Notes: a model not told the origin generated them from the letters alone. Numbered from the stretch's first letter, positions 40,101 to 50,724 are shown. The stretch: DNA of 64,000 bases from Patescibacteria group bacterium (GCA_041665545.1 JBAYIQ010000003.1:3222-67221); one strand, 5' to 3'. Numbers and translations are program-made.

Positions 40101-40958
40101 ATGAACAAGATTAAAAAAATAGTTAAATATTTTCGTTATTTTAAAAATCCCCTAGTTGTTTTAATGTTTAAGCGAGGTTTTTTTCCTAAGGGTAGGAAAA
40201 TAAAAATTTTACCTAGATTGGGCCCGGCTTTTTGGGTGGCTCGTTCAGGTGATAATTGGTTGCTCGATAAAGTTTTAAATGGTAGTGAAGTTGAGGTGTC
40301 GGGTGAAGATTTTATCATTCAAGATAATATATATTTACGACAAGGAACTTCAGATACTTTTGTTTATAAAGAAATATTTATTGATAAGTCTTATGAAAAC
40401 TGTGTTGCGGCATTGTCCAAAGAAAGTACTGTAATTGATTTGGGTGCGCATATAGGCATGTTTTCGATTTATTGCGCTGGTCGTTGTCAGCAAGTATTTG
40501 CTTATGAAGCGCACAGGAAAAATTTTGATTTGGCCAAAAAAAATATAGTTAATCTTAATATTTCCAATGTGTCATTATTTAATTTAGCGGTTTGGTCAAA
40601 ATCTGATGAAATTGTTTATTTAGATGACACAGAAACAGCACAAACAGGTGAATATGCAATAAATAGAGATGGTAAAATGGAAGTTAAGACAATTTCTTTG
40701 GTTGATATTTTTAGTTTTAATAATATTAATTTTTGTGATTTATTAAAAATTGATATTGAAGGAGCTGAGTATGAAGTTTTAATGTCAGCGCCAATAGATA
40801 TTTTTCAGAAAATTAAAGTCATTTTTTTTGAATATCATCAAGATTTAACTAATCAGAAAACAGTGGTTGATTTGGAGGAGTTTTTAAAAAAAATAGGTTT
40901 TAAAATTGAAAAAACAGAATTTAATAGTCTAGCTGGTTTGATAAAAGCGGAAAAATAA
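40101..40958 (+). CDS. FkbM family methyltransferase
   Basis: IDLGAHIGMFS, LLKIDIEGAE, EYH. Confidence 0.9.
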   Translation: MNKIKKIVKYFRYFKNPLVVLMFKRGFFPKGRKIKILPRLGPAFWVARSGDNWLLDKVLNGSEVEVSGEDFIIQDNIYLRQGTSDTFVYKEIFIDKSYENCVAALSKESTVIDLGAHIGMFSIYCAGRCQQVFAYEAHRKNFDLAKKNIVNLNISNVSLFNLAVWSKSDEIVYLDDTETAQTGEYAINRDGKMEVKTISLVDIFSFNNINFCDLLKIDIEGAEYEVLMSAPIDIFQKIKVIFFEYHQDLTNQKTVVDLEEFLKKIGFKIEKTEFNSLAGLIKAEK

Positions 40959-40962
40959 TTTT

Positions 40963-41781
40963 ATGAAAATTAGCTGTATTATCCCAACTTGTGATCGCAG
41001 TAGTTATTTAATCAAAGCGCTAGAATCTGTTTTCAATCAAACAGTTTTGCCCTTTGAAATTATTGTTATTAATAATGGCCAGAAAAAATTGGAGTTACCA
41101 GAAGATATTTTTAAAAAAATTACCATAAGCAATACTCCGCCTTATATTGGGGCAGCTCAGGCTAGAAATCTAGGCGTTGAAATAGCTCGGGGAGATTTTC
41201 TGGCTTTTTTAGACGATGATGATGTTTGGGACAATAATTATTTAAAAAATGTGACAGTAGCTATTGCCAGGGGAGCTAAATTTATCGTCAGTCGAATGGA
41301 TATCTTGGAAAATGGTAAAGTAAAAATATTTAAAAATCCCAGCGGTCAGGTAAATTTAAAAAATCTTTTAGTGGAAAATCCAGGGGTTGGTGGTTCTAAT
41401 GTTGTTATCGCTAGAAAATTATTTTTAGAAATTGGCGGCTATGATAAAAACTTAATAACATCAGAAGACAAGTCGTTAGCCATTGAAACAATTAAAAAAA
41501 GAATACCAATAACAGTGTTGTCAGAAAATCGAGCGATAGTTGACGTTAGTTTGGGACTACCCGGACTACGTGATAATGATAAGATGGCCGAGGGCACCTA
41601 TCAATTTATTAAAAAATATAAAAGTATAATGACTCGGCAACAATACGCCTTTAATTGGTATAAAGTATTTCGTTATCGTTATAAATCAGGTAGAAAAATA
41701 ATGATTATTCCCTATTTCTTTCTTACTTTATTCTTCGCACCTAAAGATTTATTTAAGATTATTACAAAGAAGATATTTTAA
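40963..41781 (+). CDS. Glycosyltransferase family 2
   Basis: SCIIPT, ARNLG, AFLDDDD, GGYD, SED. Confidence 0.9.
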   Translation: MKISCIIPTCDRSSYLIKALESVFNQTVLPFEIIVINNGQKKLELPEDIFKKITISNTPPYIGAAQARNLGVEIARGDFLAFLDDDDVWDNNYLKNVTVAIARGAKFIVSRMDILENGKVKIFKNPSGQVNLKNLLVENPGVGGSNVVIARKLFLEIGGYDKNLITSEDKSLAIETIKKRIPITVLSENRAIVDVSLGLPGLRDNDKMAEGTYQFIKKYKSIMTRQQYAFNWYKVFRYRYKSGRKIMIIPYFFLTLFFAPKDLFKIITKKIF

Positions 41782-41794
41782 GTGAATAGATATT

Positions 41795-43159
41795 TTATCT
41801 TCCTAAAGCAATATTAAACATGGCGTTGATAGTTTTGAGGATAATAGAGACATCCAAGGCCACGGATTGATTTTTGATATAAAATAAATCGTATTGCAAT
41901 TTTTCTTTGGCGTCAGCCACAGATGCTCCGTAGGGGTAATTTATCTGTGCCCAGCCAGTGAGTCCCGGCTTGATCAAATGCCGTTCGTTATAAAATGGTA
42001 TTTCTTGTCTGAGTTGCTCCACAAACTCCGGTCTTTCGGGCCTAGGGCCCACAAAACTCATATTGCCAATAATAATATTAAGAAATTGTGGTATTTCATC
42101 CAAGCGAGTGCGTCGCAAAAGCTTGCCAATTCGAGTGATGCGGGCATCATTGATTGAGGCCCAGACAGCGCCGTTTTGCTCAGCATTTTCCTGCATAGTG
42201 CGGAATTTATATACTTTGAATTTTTTGTTGTTTAAGCCAACTCGTTCTTGTTGGTAAATTATTTTTCCTTTGGATTCTAGCTTTATAGCTATGGCGATAA
42301 AAGGAATCAAAATAAGCGATATCAAGCCAAAGAACCAGGCAAAAAATAAATCAATAAATCTTTTAGCAATTTCAAAACCATTTTTACTTCGGCTATTGAA
42401 GTTTTCCAAAAACCAATTTTTCTCCAAGAGCATCAAGGGGATTTTGCCAATTATTTTTTCATAAAAATTGGTTAGGTTGTAGTACTGGATTTTTAGATTG
42501 ATATTTTCAAATAAGTAGCGGGACACTTCGGCAGCATATTTAGGATTATTAACCACTACCACTGTTTGAATCTTGTGTTTCAAAAATTCATTTTTCAGAT
42601 CATTTAAGTTTTTACTGATCGGAATAATTTGGAATTTTTCCGGTACAGTGACAAAATCCGGGTTGATAATCAATTTTAATTGGTAGCCCAGTTGTGGTTT
42701 ATTAATTATTTCTTCGGCTAGGGCTAGCGATTCATCATTGAGGCCGATCAGCGCTAAATTACTACCCAAAGATCGGCTGGATATTAGTTTGTAAAAAGAT
42801 TTTCGCCAAACAAAAAATAAGCTTGCATAAACAGCCAGGAGAATTAAGAGTATGGTTTGTGGTCTCATCTGGCCAAAATCATCGGAAAAAATGTAGAAAA
42901 AAACAACAGCCAAAGCGGCGTTGATGCCAAGGTTTTGTAATAGGTTGCTGTAGAAACTAAAATCAACACGGACTTTTTTGAATTCGTACAGCCCGTTGAT
43001 AAAAAAGACAATCAGCCAGATAGCAAAAATAATGCTGAACGGCCATAAGTGCCTATTCCATAAATTCTGGTTAAGATAACCATAGCGTATCCAGAGAGTT
43101 AGGGCTAAGCTGAAATAGAGTACGAATATATCGCCTAGTAGTAATAGTCCTTTTTTCAT
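41795..43159 (-). CDS. Polyprenyl-phosphate glycosyl-1-phosphate transferase (WcaJ/WbaP type)
   Basis: N-terminal TM helices, KRFIDL, KFRTM, RLDEIPQ, MSFVGPRPERP, KPGLTGWAQ, YDLFYI. Confidence 0.92.
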   Translation of the reverse strand: MKKGLLLLGDIFVLYFSLALTLWIRYGYLNQNLWNRHLWPFSIIFAIWLIVFFINGLYEFKKVRVDFSFYSNLLQNLGINAALAVVFFYIFSDDFGQMRPQTILLILLAVYASLFFVWRKSFYKLISSRSLGSNLALIGLNDESLALAEEIINKPQLGYQLKLIINPDFVTVPEKFQIIPISKNLNDLKNEFLKHKIQTVVVVNNPKYAAEVSRYLFENINLKIQYYNLTNFYEKIIGKIPLMLLEKNWFLENFNSRSKNGFEIAKRFIDLFFAWFFGLISLILIPFIAIAIKLESKGKIIYQQERVGLNNKKFKVYKFRTMQENAEQNGAVWASINDARITRIGKLLRRTRLDEIPQFLNIIIGNMSFVGPRPERPEFVEQLRQEIPFYNERHLIKPGLTGWAQINYPYGASVADAKEKLQYDLFYIKNQSVALDVSIILKTINAMFNIALGR

Positions 43160-43184
43160 GAATTTGTATTTATACTTAGTTTAT

Positions 43185-43214
43185 ATTATAATAACAAATA
43201 CCCCTTTTTGTCAA
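43185..43214 (-). promoter_or_regulatory. Sigma70-type promoter for the phosphoglycosyltransferase
   Basis: On the minus strand TTGACA(43214-43209), 18 bp, TATAAT(43190-43185). Confidence 0.6.
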
Positions 43215-43243
43215 ATATTAATTCATTAGTTTTTAATTAAAAT

Positions 43244-45406
43244 ATGTTAAAATTTTCCAGTTATTTTTCTGAAAAAGATGCGATTTGGAAATTAATTATT
43301 CGTTTAGGTTTGGTGTTGGTACTTTTTGCACCGCTGGTTATTTATAATGGCTCTTATTTTCCTTTTATATTTCCGCGCAATATTTATTTTCGCCTGATTA
43401 TCGATATTATTTTTCCGCTTTATTTGTGGCTAGTAATTAAAAACACCTACCAGTGGCCAAAGTTTAATAAGGGTCTAATCTTCTTTGTCTTATTTATTTT
43501 GACGCTTACTATATCAAGTATTTTTGGCGGACATTTTCTTTTTAGTTTTTGGAGCACTTTTGAGAGAATGGATGGCCTGGTCAACTGGTATCACATTTTG
43601 ATGTATGTCATTGTTTTATTAGGTGTCAATCGCAGTGAAAAAGATTGGCATGTTTTGTTTAAGACCTCAATATTTGTGGCTTGGATTGTGGCTTTTTATG
43701 CTCTTGGTCAAGCCATGAATTTGAGCTTTGTAATGCCTTCGTCTGGTGGTCAGCGTTTGGCCAGCTTATTAGGCAATGCGGCCTATGTTGGCTCCTATTT
43801 ATTCTTGAATATCGTGATAGCCGTCTATTTGATAGTCAAGAAAATTCAAAATAAAGACTTTTTTTCTTGGGGAGTTTTTTATTACGCTTTAGGTATTATT
43901 TTGTTTGTGGCTATTTTGTTAGCCACCGAGACCAGGGGCGCTTTCTTAGGTTTATTTTTGTTTGTTTTTTTATTTTTGTTGGCTTATTTATATTATGAGC
44001 GGCGCAAAAGAAATATTTTTTATTATGTTGTTGTCGGGCTTATGGTCTTGGGGCTTATTTTTATCAGTTCTATTTTTACCCAAAAAAATAGTGCTTGGGT
44101 AAAATCAGTACCAACTTTTTCTCGTTTAGCCAACATATCTTTGACTGACACCACTACTCAATCGCGATTAATGATTTGGAAAAACAGTGTTTTGTATTCT
44201 TTTAAAGAAAAGCCATTGTTGGGCTGGGGTGAGGAAAATTTTGCCGATGCTTTTAATAAATATTTTCCTTCCGAGATTTTTGTGAGTATGGGCAGTGAGA
44301 TCTGGTATGACCGGCCACATAATATTTTGGTGCAACATCTAGTGCAGGGCGGCTTAGTGGGTTTTGGTCTTTATTTGGCAATTTTTATTTATTTGCTTTT
44401 ATATTTAAAAAAATTGATCAAGCAAAATAATAGCTGGCCGGTGCCAGTGCTGTGGGCGGCATTTTTGTTTGGCTTTTTGGCGCAAGATTTTTTTATTTTT
44501 GACAATCTTAATGTTAATGTTGTTTTTTACCTAATATTGGCCTATTTATTTTCATTGGTAGTGCCAGCCGGCCAATTTAATTCTCGATTTTATAACTGGT
44601 TTTTAGCTTGGCGAGATAAATTAAATCAAAGACGGACAAACTTACTTATCAGGGGAATACTACTAGTACTATTAAGTATTTCTTTGGTTTATTTTATGAT
44701 TTGGAAACCCTGGCAAAGTAACACAATTTTTGTAAAAACACTTTCTTCGGCTTCGCAAGCCAAGACAGCCGAAGATTTTGCCAAAGTAAAAAATGATTGG
44801 TTGCGCGCCTACTATACTGTACCCTTGGGTGATAAGGAAAAAATCGCTGGTTTGAATGATCTATTGGGCTTGATAATTGCTAATCCTTATGCTACTAACG
44901 ATGTCAGATTTGAATTTATTAATTTAACTGGGCAATATTTGGAAGCCAATTATGAAAAATATCCCATGGATATTCGGTCGGGCATGTTTCTGTCTAATTT
45001 TTATCAGTTTTTAGGCACTTTTGATAATTCCTTTATTGATCAAGATATTGTCTTACTGGAGCGCATGGCCAAGCTTGCGCCACAAAGATTAGAGATAAAA
45101 TTCGCTTTGGAAAATGATTATATAAAGAAAGGTGATTTAGTGAAAGCCAAAGAGCAAGTTTTGTTGGCCATAGATTTGGCGCCAAAGTCCAGAGATGTTT
45201 ATTGGAAGTTAGTGGAAATATATTGGCGGACTCAAGAATATCAAGAATTTGATGTGACTGTACAAAAAGTACGCGATTGGAATGGCGAAACAAACATGGG
45301 TAAATTTGACCAAACACAGAAATCTGATTTAAATAATTATTTACAGCAGGCCAAATCCGCCAAGCAAAAAGAATTAGTTGATATGCTAGAGGATTTTTTG
45401 CGGTAA
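43244..45406 (+). CDS. O-antigen ligase (Wzy_C) family protein with TPR-like C-terminus, paralog 3
   Basis: FWSTFERMDG, RLASLLGNAAYVGSY, TETRG, SRLMIW, PLLGWGEENF, YDRPHN. Confidence 0.85.
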   Translation: MLKFSSYFSEKDAIWKLIIRLGLVLVLFAPLVIYNGSYFPFIFPRNIYFRLIIDIIFPLYLWLVIKNTYQWPKFNKGLIFFVLFILTLTISSIFGGHFLFSFWSTFERMDGLVNWYHILMYVIVLLGVNRSEKDWHVLFKTSIFVAWIVAFYALGQAMNLSFVMPSSGGQRLASLLGNAAYVGSYLFLNIVIAVYLIVKKIQNKDFFSWGVFYYALGIILFVAILLATETRGAFLGLFLFVFLFLLAYLYYERRKRNIFYYVVVGLMVLGLIFISSIFTQKNSAWVKSVPTFSRLANISLTDTTTQSRLMIWKNSVLYSFKEKPLLGWGEENFADAFNKYFPSEIFVSMGSEIWYDRPHNILVQHLVQGGLVGFGLYLAIFIYLLLYLKKLIKQNNSWPVPVLWAAFLFGFLAQDFFIFDNLNVNVVFYLILAYLFSLVVPAGQFNSRFYNWFLAWRDKLNQRRTNLLIRGILLVLLSISLVYFMIWKPWQSNTIFVKTLSSASQAKTAEDFAKVKNDWLRAYYTVPLGDKEKIAGLNDLLGLIIANPYATNDVRFEFINLTGQYLEANYEKYPMDIRSGMFLSNFYQFLGTFDNSFIDQDIVLLERMAKLAPQRLEIKFALENDYIKKGDLVKAKEQVLLAIDLAPKSRDVYWKLVEIYWRTQEYQEFDVTVQKVRDWNGETNMGKFDQTQKSDLNNYLQQAKSAKQKELVDMLEDFLR

Positions 45407-45433
45407 TAAAGCCAGGTTTTTATAATGAACACT

Positions 45434-45469
45434 AGAGAGCTTTATGCACACAAAGCTCTCTTTGTTTTT
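45434..45469 (+). terminator. Intrinsic terminator
   Basis: AGAGAGCTTT(45434-43)/AAAGCTCTCT(45452-61) followed by TTGTTTTT. Confidence 0.7.
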
Positions 45470-45480
45470 GAGTCAAAATA

Positions 45481-45489
45481 TGTTATAAT
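45481..45489 (+). promoter_or_regulatory. Extended -10 promoter for the chemosensory/pilus operon
   Basis: TGtTATAAT, 21 bp upstream of the GTG start. Confidence 0.5.
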
Positions 45490-45510
45490 TTAATCAACAA
45501 AAATAAAAAA

Positions 45511-46653
45511 GTGAAGTTAGTAGAAACAAAAATATACCTCAAGTTTATTCTCTGGTTTTTGGCTGTGGCTCTTTTGCCACTAGCAGTTTTATTAGGTGCT
45601 TTTTCTATTTCTGAGCAGTACCGCGGTTTTTTCCAAATGGGCAATTTACCAGCTAATGTTTTGATTGGTATCTTTGTTTCTTTGGCTATGGTTTTGGGAC
45701 TTTCTATGATGGCCACTAGGCGTTTGAGTAAAAGTATTACAGCACCAGTCCAAAGCTCGGTCAAAGAATTAAGTAAAGTGGTGAATTTGCTTCTTAATTC
45801 AATTCAGGGCTTATCAGATATTAGCCAAACCAATAATCAGATTTCTCAGTTTTTAACAACTTCCTCTCAACAACAACAAAGTGGCTTGAAATCAGGCAGT
45901 CAGTCATTATCCAAAATGGTGCGCTCTTTAGTAGAGATTACTCATAAGACCGGAGCAGCAACTACTAGCGTGAACAAGGCCAATAAGTTGGCTGAAGAGG
46001 GCAAGGCGCAGTCGGAGAATGCTTTGGCTAGCTTGGTGGCTGTGAAAAATCTTTTGACTGATACCCAAAAGTTGAGCCAAGCCCTTGATCAGTATGCCCA
46101 ACAAGTAGCCGAGATTGCCAAAAGAGTTGAGGCCGTAGCTGAAACAACCAAGTTCTTTAGCTTGAATATGTCTATAGAGGCCAAAAAAGCCCCATACAGC
46201 GAGGAATTTACCGGTCTGGTGGCTCAGATAAGAGATCTTAACAATATTAGCGAACAAGCGGCTAGTAGCATCCAAACACTGGCTCAAGATATGCATCGTC
46301 AAATTGATCAGTCCAAAAAGTCAGCCGTTTATGAATGGCAGGAAACCAACAAAAGCATCAATGTCGTTAGTCAAACCTTGAGTTTTTTAACAAAAATTAT
46401 CAGTAATATTTCAAGCATTGCTCACGATATTCAAGTGGTAAATACTGAAACTACCAAAACATCTCAAGATGCTGATCAGGTCAATAAAGTCATTTCTAAT
46501 ATTTCCCAACAGTCAAAATTGCTAGTCAAGCAGACGGACGATATTACCAAAGTCATACAGGAACAGTTGGTGGTCACGAGATCGCTTAATAAATCCTCGG
46601 TGGCTTTAAATAAAGTGACTGATACCTTGAATGATTTAGTGGGAAAGAATTGA
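45511..46653 (+). CDS. Methyl-accepting chemotaxis-like protein (degenerate, no extracellular sensor domain)
   Basis: Two TM helices with a short loop, long coiled coil, hairpin-tip-like VAETTKFFSLNMSIEAKKA..F..LVAQIRDL; cheW/cheA context. Confidence 0.75.
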   Translation: MKLVETKIYLKFILWFLAVALLPLAVLLGAFSISEQYRGFFQMGNLPANVLIGIFVSLAMVLGLSMMATRRLSKSITAPVQSSVKELSKVVNLLLNSIQGLSDISQTNNQISQFLTTSSQQQQSGLKSGSQSLSKMVRSLVEITHKTGAATTSVNKANKLAEEGKAQSENALASLVAVKNLLTDTQKLSQALDQYAQQVAEIAKRVEAVAETTKFFSLNMSIEAKKAPYSEEFTGLVAQIRDLNNISEQAASSIQTLAQDMHRQIDQSKKSAVYEWQETNKSINVVSQTLSFLTKIISNISSIAHDIQVVNTETTKTSQDADQVNKVISNISQQSKLLVKQTDDITKVIQEQLVVTRSLNKSSVALNKVTDTLNDLVGKN

Positions 46654-46654
46654 T

Positions 46655-47071
46655 ATGCCGGTCAAAAAACAACAATTTATTACTTTCAAGATAGCCGGAC
46701 AGATTTTGGCCGCTCCTTTGAATAAAGACAGTCAATTTTTTAGTTGTGAATATTTGTTGCCACTGCCTATAAATAATAAATATTTAGCCGGGATTTCTTA
46801 TCTCAATGGTCAATTAGTGACAATCTTACGAACAGATAAATTTTTTGGCTTAAATTGGAAGATGCCTAGCAATCCGCAGTGTTTGCATTTTAGTTACCGT
46901 GAGGATTTTTATGGTTTGGCAGTTGATCAGGGCTTGGACACTATTTCGGTCACTCAAATTTTTCAAGAAAAAAGCAGAAATATTTTTAATAAATATATAA
47001 AAATAAATAAGCAAAAAGTTTATATTGTGGATGTAGAGAAGATATTTTCTGAATTAAAAATCTATGTTTAG
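46655..47071 (+). CDS. cheW: CheW-like coupling protein
   Basis: FITFKIAGQILA, PLP..YLAGISYLNGQLVTIL, GLAVD. Confidence 0.75.
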   Translation: MPVKKQQFITFKIAGQILAAPLNKDSQFFSCEYLLPLPINNKYLAGISYLNGQLVTILRTDKFFGLNWKMPSNPQCLHFSYREDFYGLAVDQGLDTISVTQIFQEKSRNIFNKYIKINKQKVYIVDVEKIFSELKIYV

Positions 47072-48614
47072 CGAAAAGTACAAAGATTTGTATTTGTCCA
47101 CTACCCAAGCCAAGCTCAAAGAAATGGCCGATGTTTTGCTTTTGTTAGAAAAAAATCCTAAAAATCAAGAGTATTTAAAAACTTTATTTATCAGTTTGCA
47201 TGCCATGAAGGGCTCGGCGGCCACCATGGGTTACAAAGGCACTATTGTTTATTTACATCAGGTAGAGTCCGTGATTCAAGCTATGATTAATGGCACTTTG
47301 CCAGTTGGCAAAGATAATTTGGATCTTATTTTTAGAGCTTGTGATACCTTGCAGGCCAATTTGCAAAACATAAATCATCATAGCCAAGAACTTGATTTTC
47401 AGACATTTATTGCTGAACTAGAAAAAATATTAAAATCTCCTGTAAAAATAAAAAAAACAGATAAGACTGTAAGCAAGCAAGAGCCAGTTGATTTGGTGGC
47501 TCCCCATGAAAACACAGAGATGATTGTGGCTGCCAAACAGCTTGATAAGATACAAAATATACTCGATGATTTGTTGGTAAATATCATGGGTATCAAGGGG
47601 GCGGCTGTCAAAAGTGGCCAGAGCCAAATTTTGTCCAGCACCATGACGGCGGATACCTTGGCCAACAACTTACGGCGCGAACTAGAAAGGATGCGCATCG
47701 TGCCTTTGGAGCAGGTGTTTTCCAATCTGCCTTATTTGGTGCGCTCTATAGCTCATGATGAGCGCAAAAATGTCAATTTAGTCATTGAACACAATAATAT
47801 ATCGCTTGATAAATCAATTTTGGATGAGTTGGTAGAAATTATCGTGCAGTTGATCAAGAATTCGGTTGTTCATGGTATCAAATCCAAGCCATCAGCCGGG
47901 CAAATATTATTGAGCGCCAATATAGAATCTGATGAGCTAGTGGTGACGGTCAGTGATAATGGCCGAGGCATTGATTGGTCAAAAGTTCTGGCTCTAGCTG
48001 TCAATAAACGCGTCATCAGTGTCGAGGAAAGTCGTAAAATAAAATTGTCTGATATTCCTAGCCTGCTTTTTCATACTGGCATGTCCAGCAAAAAAAACAT
48101 GGATATTCATGCTGGCCGAGGAGTGGGTTTGAGCGTGGTCAAAGATCGCTTGAAAAAATTAAACGGCCAGGTGGAAGTAGTCAGCGCCCTAAACAAAGGC
48201 ACCAAGTTTATTTTGCATTTGCCTTTACCTTTATCAATTTTTCGCAGTATTGCCTGGCAAGTAGGCGATTGGCCAATGGCTATACCACTGTCTTATGTTG
48301 AGCGGGTGATCAAACTGCCGGAAGTAAAGGATGTCAGCAATGATAAATATTTTGTTTATAATAAAAAAAAGATAAAATTGCTAAACTTAAGATCAATATT
48401 GCCGCTAGATATCAAAGCGCCAGCTAAATATATTTTATTTTTGAATATCCAAAAAAATATTTTTGCTTTACCAATATCCAGTAATATCAAAGAAAGTGAA
48501 TTAGTAATGAAAAAAAATCCTTCTATTATGAAGCTCTTGCCAAAATTTAGGGGCCTAGCAATTTCTTCTTCTGGTAAAGTCAACTTGATTTTAGATATTA
48601 ATAATTTGCTATAG
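47064..48614 (+). CDS. cheA: CheA-like histidine kinase (HPt, dimerisation, HATPase, CheW domains)
   Basis: LHAMKGSAATMG (HPt His), RIVPL..VF, KNSVVHG, DNGRGID, GRGVGLSVV, GTKF.L.LPL.LSI. Confidence 0.9.
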   Translation: MFSEKYKDLYLSTTQAKLKEMADVLLLLEKNPKNQEYLKTLFISLHAMKGSAATMGYKGTIVYLHQVESVIQAMINGTLPVGKDNLDLIFRACDTLQANLQNINHHSQELDFQTFIAELEKILKSPVKIKKTDKTVSKQEPVDLVAPHENTEMIVAAKQLDKIQNILDDLLVNIMGIKGAAVKSGQSQILSSTMTADTLANNLRRELERMRIVPLEQVFSNLPYLVRSIAHDERKNVNLVIEHNNISLDKSILDELVEIIVQLIKNSVVHGIKSKPSAGQILLSANIESDELVVTVSDNGRGIDWSKVLALAVNKRVISVEESRKIKLSDIPSLLFHTGMSSKKNMDIHAGRGVGLSVVKDRLKKLNGQVEVVSALNKGTKFILHLPLPLSIFRSIAWQVGDWPMAIPLSYVERVIKLPEVKDVSNDKYFVYNKKKIKLLNLRSILPLDIKAPAKYILFLNIQKNIFALPISSNIKESELVMKKNPSIMKLLPKFRGLAISSSGKVNLILDINNLL

Positions 48615-48616
48615 CT

Positions 48617-49033
48617 ATGCCAAATCCAAAGATACTATTTGTGGATGATGACAATTTTTTGCGCAAGGTCTATGAAGCCGAATTGAAGGAAAAGAATTTT
48701 GAGGTTGTTCTAGCGTCTGATGGCGAAGAGGGTTTGGAAAAAGCCCAACTGGAAGATCCCGATTTGATAATTTTGGACATGATCATGCCCAAGAAAAGCG
48801 GTTTTGAAGTGTTGACCGAATTACAACGCAATCCAAAAACCAGAAACATTCCGGTGATTATTTTATCCAATCTTGGTCAGGAAGACGACAAGAAAAAGGG
48901 AATTGATTTGGGGGCAGTTGATTATTTGATTAAGGACAATATAACTCTCGGCATACTGGTTGATAAAATAAATCAGTATTTAAACTCGCGTACGCAGAGC
49001 AAACAAGCCAAAATTAATTCAGTAAAAATATAA
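48617..49033 (+). CDS. cheY: Single-domain response regulator (CheY-like)
   Basis: VDDD, LDMIMP (phospho-Asp), ILSN, GAVDYLIK. Confidence 0.85.
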   Translation: MPNPKILFVDDDNFLRKVYEAELKEKNFEVVLASDGEEGLEKAQLEDPDLIILDMIMPKKSGFEVLTELQRNPKTRNIPVIILSNLGQEDDKKKGIDLGAVDYLIKDNITLGILVDKINQYLNSRTQSKQAKINSVKI

Positions 49034-49036
49034 GCC

Positions 49037-50722
49037 ATGGCCATAGTTACTGATGAAAAAGTTTATCAAATTATTAATAAATACGGTTTGATTAAGCCTG
49101 ATGTTTTGGATACGGCCTTAAAAACCGCTCAGGCCCAAAAATTGGATTTTGTTAGTTTTTTGATTGATCAGGAATTGATAAAAGCCCTGGAAATTGGCCA
49201 GCTGATTGCTAATAATTTACACGTCAAATATGTAAATTTGGCTAAGGAAAATATAAAAGCCGAAATTCTGACGCAATTGCCAGAAATTGTGGCTCGTAAG
49301 CAGAAGATGCTTATTTTTAAGCGTGATGCTGAAGGCACTCATGTAGCCATGGCCGATCCTTTTGACTACCCAATGGTCAAGGCCTTGGAGAAAAAATTGG
49401 GTGACAAAGTAATTCCTTATTATTCTACGGAGCATGAGCTAGAAGAAGGATTACGTTTGTACAAAAAAAGTATACAGACTGAATATGTCAGTAATATCCA
49501 AAAAAATGCCATCAAGGCCCAAGGGGCTTCCAAGGAGGATGTTTCGGTCATTAGATTGGTTGATGATATTATCAATTACGGTTTTATGAATCATGCTTCG
49601 GATATTCATATTGAACCAACAGAAAAAGAAATTGTGATTAGATTCCGAATTGATGGCTTGCTTTATGACATCATGAATTTGCCAAAAAACATTTTGGACA
49701 TGATTGTCACTAGAGTCAAGATTTTGGCCAAGTTGCGCACTGATGAAACCAGAGCTTCGCAAGATGGAAAAATAATGACGGAGGTAGAGGGCAGTAAGCT
49801 AGATGTCAGAGTTTCAGTTTTGCCCATCGTGCATGGTGAAAAAATAGTTATGCGTCTTTTGTCTTCCCAGGGAAAATATTTTACTTTGGAAGAATTAGGT
49901 ATGAATGAAAAGGATTTAACAGCGATCAATGAAGCAATTAGTAAGCCCTATGGCATGGTCTTGTCCACTGGTCCGACTGGTTCTGGTAAAACTACCACCT
50001 TATATTCACTAATAAAAATACTTAACAAACGCGATATAAACATCTGTACTATTGAGGATCCAGTAGAGTATAGTTTGGATGGTGTCAATCAAGTGCAGGT
50101 CAATCCCGCCACTAATTTGACTTTTGCGGCTGGCTTGCGTTCCTTGCTTAGACAAGATCCAGACATTATAATGGTTGGTGAAATTCGCGACAATGAAACA
50201 GCTGGTATTGCCATCAACTCGGCCATGACCGGTCATTTGGTTTTGTCTACCTTACACACCAATGACGCCGCCACAGCCCTACCCAGGTTCCTTGATATGC
50301 AGATTGAGCCATTTTTGGTGGCCTCGACTGTTAATATTATCATTGGGCAAAGATTGATCAGGAAAATTTGTATGAAATGCATTTATAGCTATACACTTTC
50401 AGCTCAAGAAATTGCCGATATAAAAAGAGAAATCAATATTGATAAATTTGTCAACACTGCCCAAGTCAAAGAAATTCGTCTGTATCGCGGCAAAGGATGT
50501 GATGCCTGCAACCACACCGGCTATACTGGTCGTATTGGTATTTTTGAAGTTTTAAAAATTGAAGAAAATATCAGAGAGTTGATTGTAGCCAGAGCTGATT
50601 CTGATCAACTAAGTAAAGTAGCCATTAGCAATGGCATGACTACCATGCTGGAAGACGGTTTCACCAAAGCTTTTTCTGGCAAAACAACTATTGAGGAAAT
50701 ATTTAGAGTGACCAAACAATAA
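49037..50722 (+). CDS. pilB: Type IV pilus assembly ATPase PilB/GspE
   Basis: ASDIHIEP, GPTGSGKTTT, EDPVE, LRQDPD..GEIRD, TGHLVLSTLH, CMKC..CDAC zinc motif. Confidence 0.95.
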   Translation: MAIVTDEKVYQIINKYGLIKPDVLDTALKTAQAQKLDFVSFLIDQELIKALEIGQLIANNLHVKYVNLAKENIKAEILTQLPEIVARKQKMLIFKRDAEGTHVAMADPFDYPMVKALEKKLGDKVIPYYSTEHELEEGLRLYKKSIQTEYVSNIQKNAIKAQGASKEDVSVIRLVDDIINYGFMNHASDIHIEPTEKEIVIRFRIDGLLYDIMNLPKNILDMIVTRVKILAKLRTDETRASQDGKIMTEVEGSKLDVRVSVLPIVHGEKIVMRLLSSQGKYFTLEELGMNEKDLTAINEAISKPYGMVLSTGPTGSGKTTTLYSLIKILNKRDINICTIEDPVEYSLDGVNQVQVNPATNLTFAAGLRSLLRQDPDIIMVGEIRDNETAGIAINSAMTGHLVLSTLHTNDAATALPRFLDMQIEPFLVASTVNIIIGQRLIRKICMKCIYSYTLSAQEIADIKREINIDKFVNTAQVKEIRLYRGKGCDACNHTGYTGRIGIFEVLKIEENIRELIVARADSDQLSKVAISNGMTTMLEDGFTKAFSGKTTIEEIFRVTKQ

Positions 50723-50724
50723 AT

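Noticed and set aside
49037-49230. c-di-GMP-binding MshEN motif in the PilB N-terminus
   Set aside because: The helical pattern is similar but the RLGxxL residues are absent.
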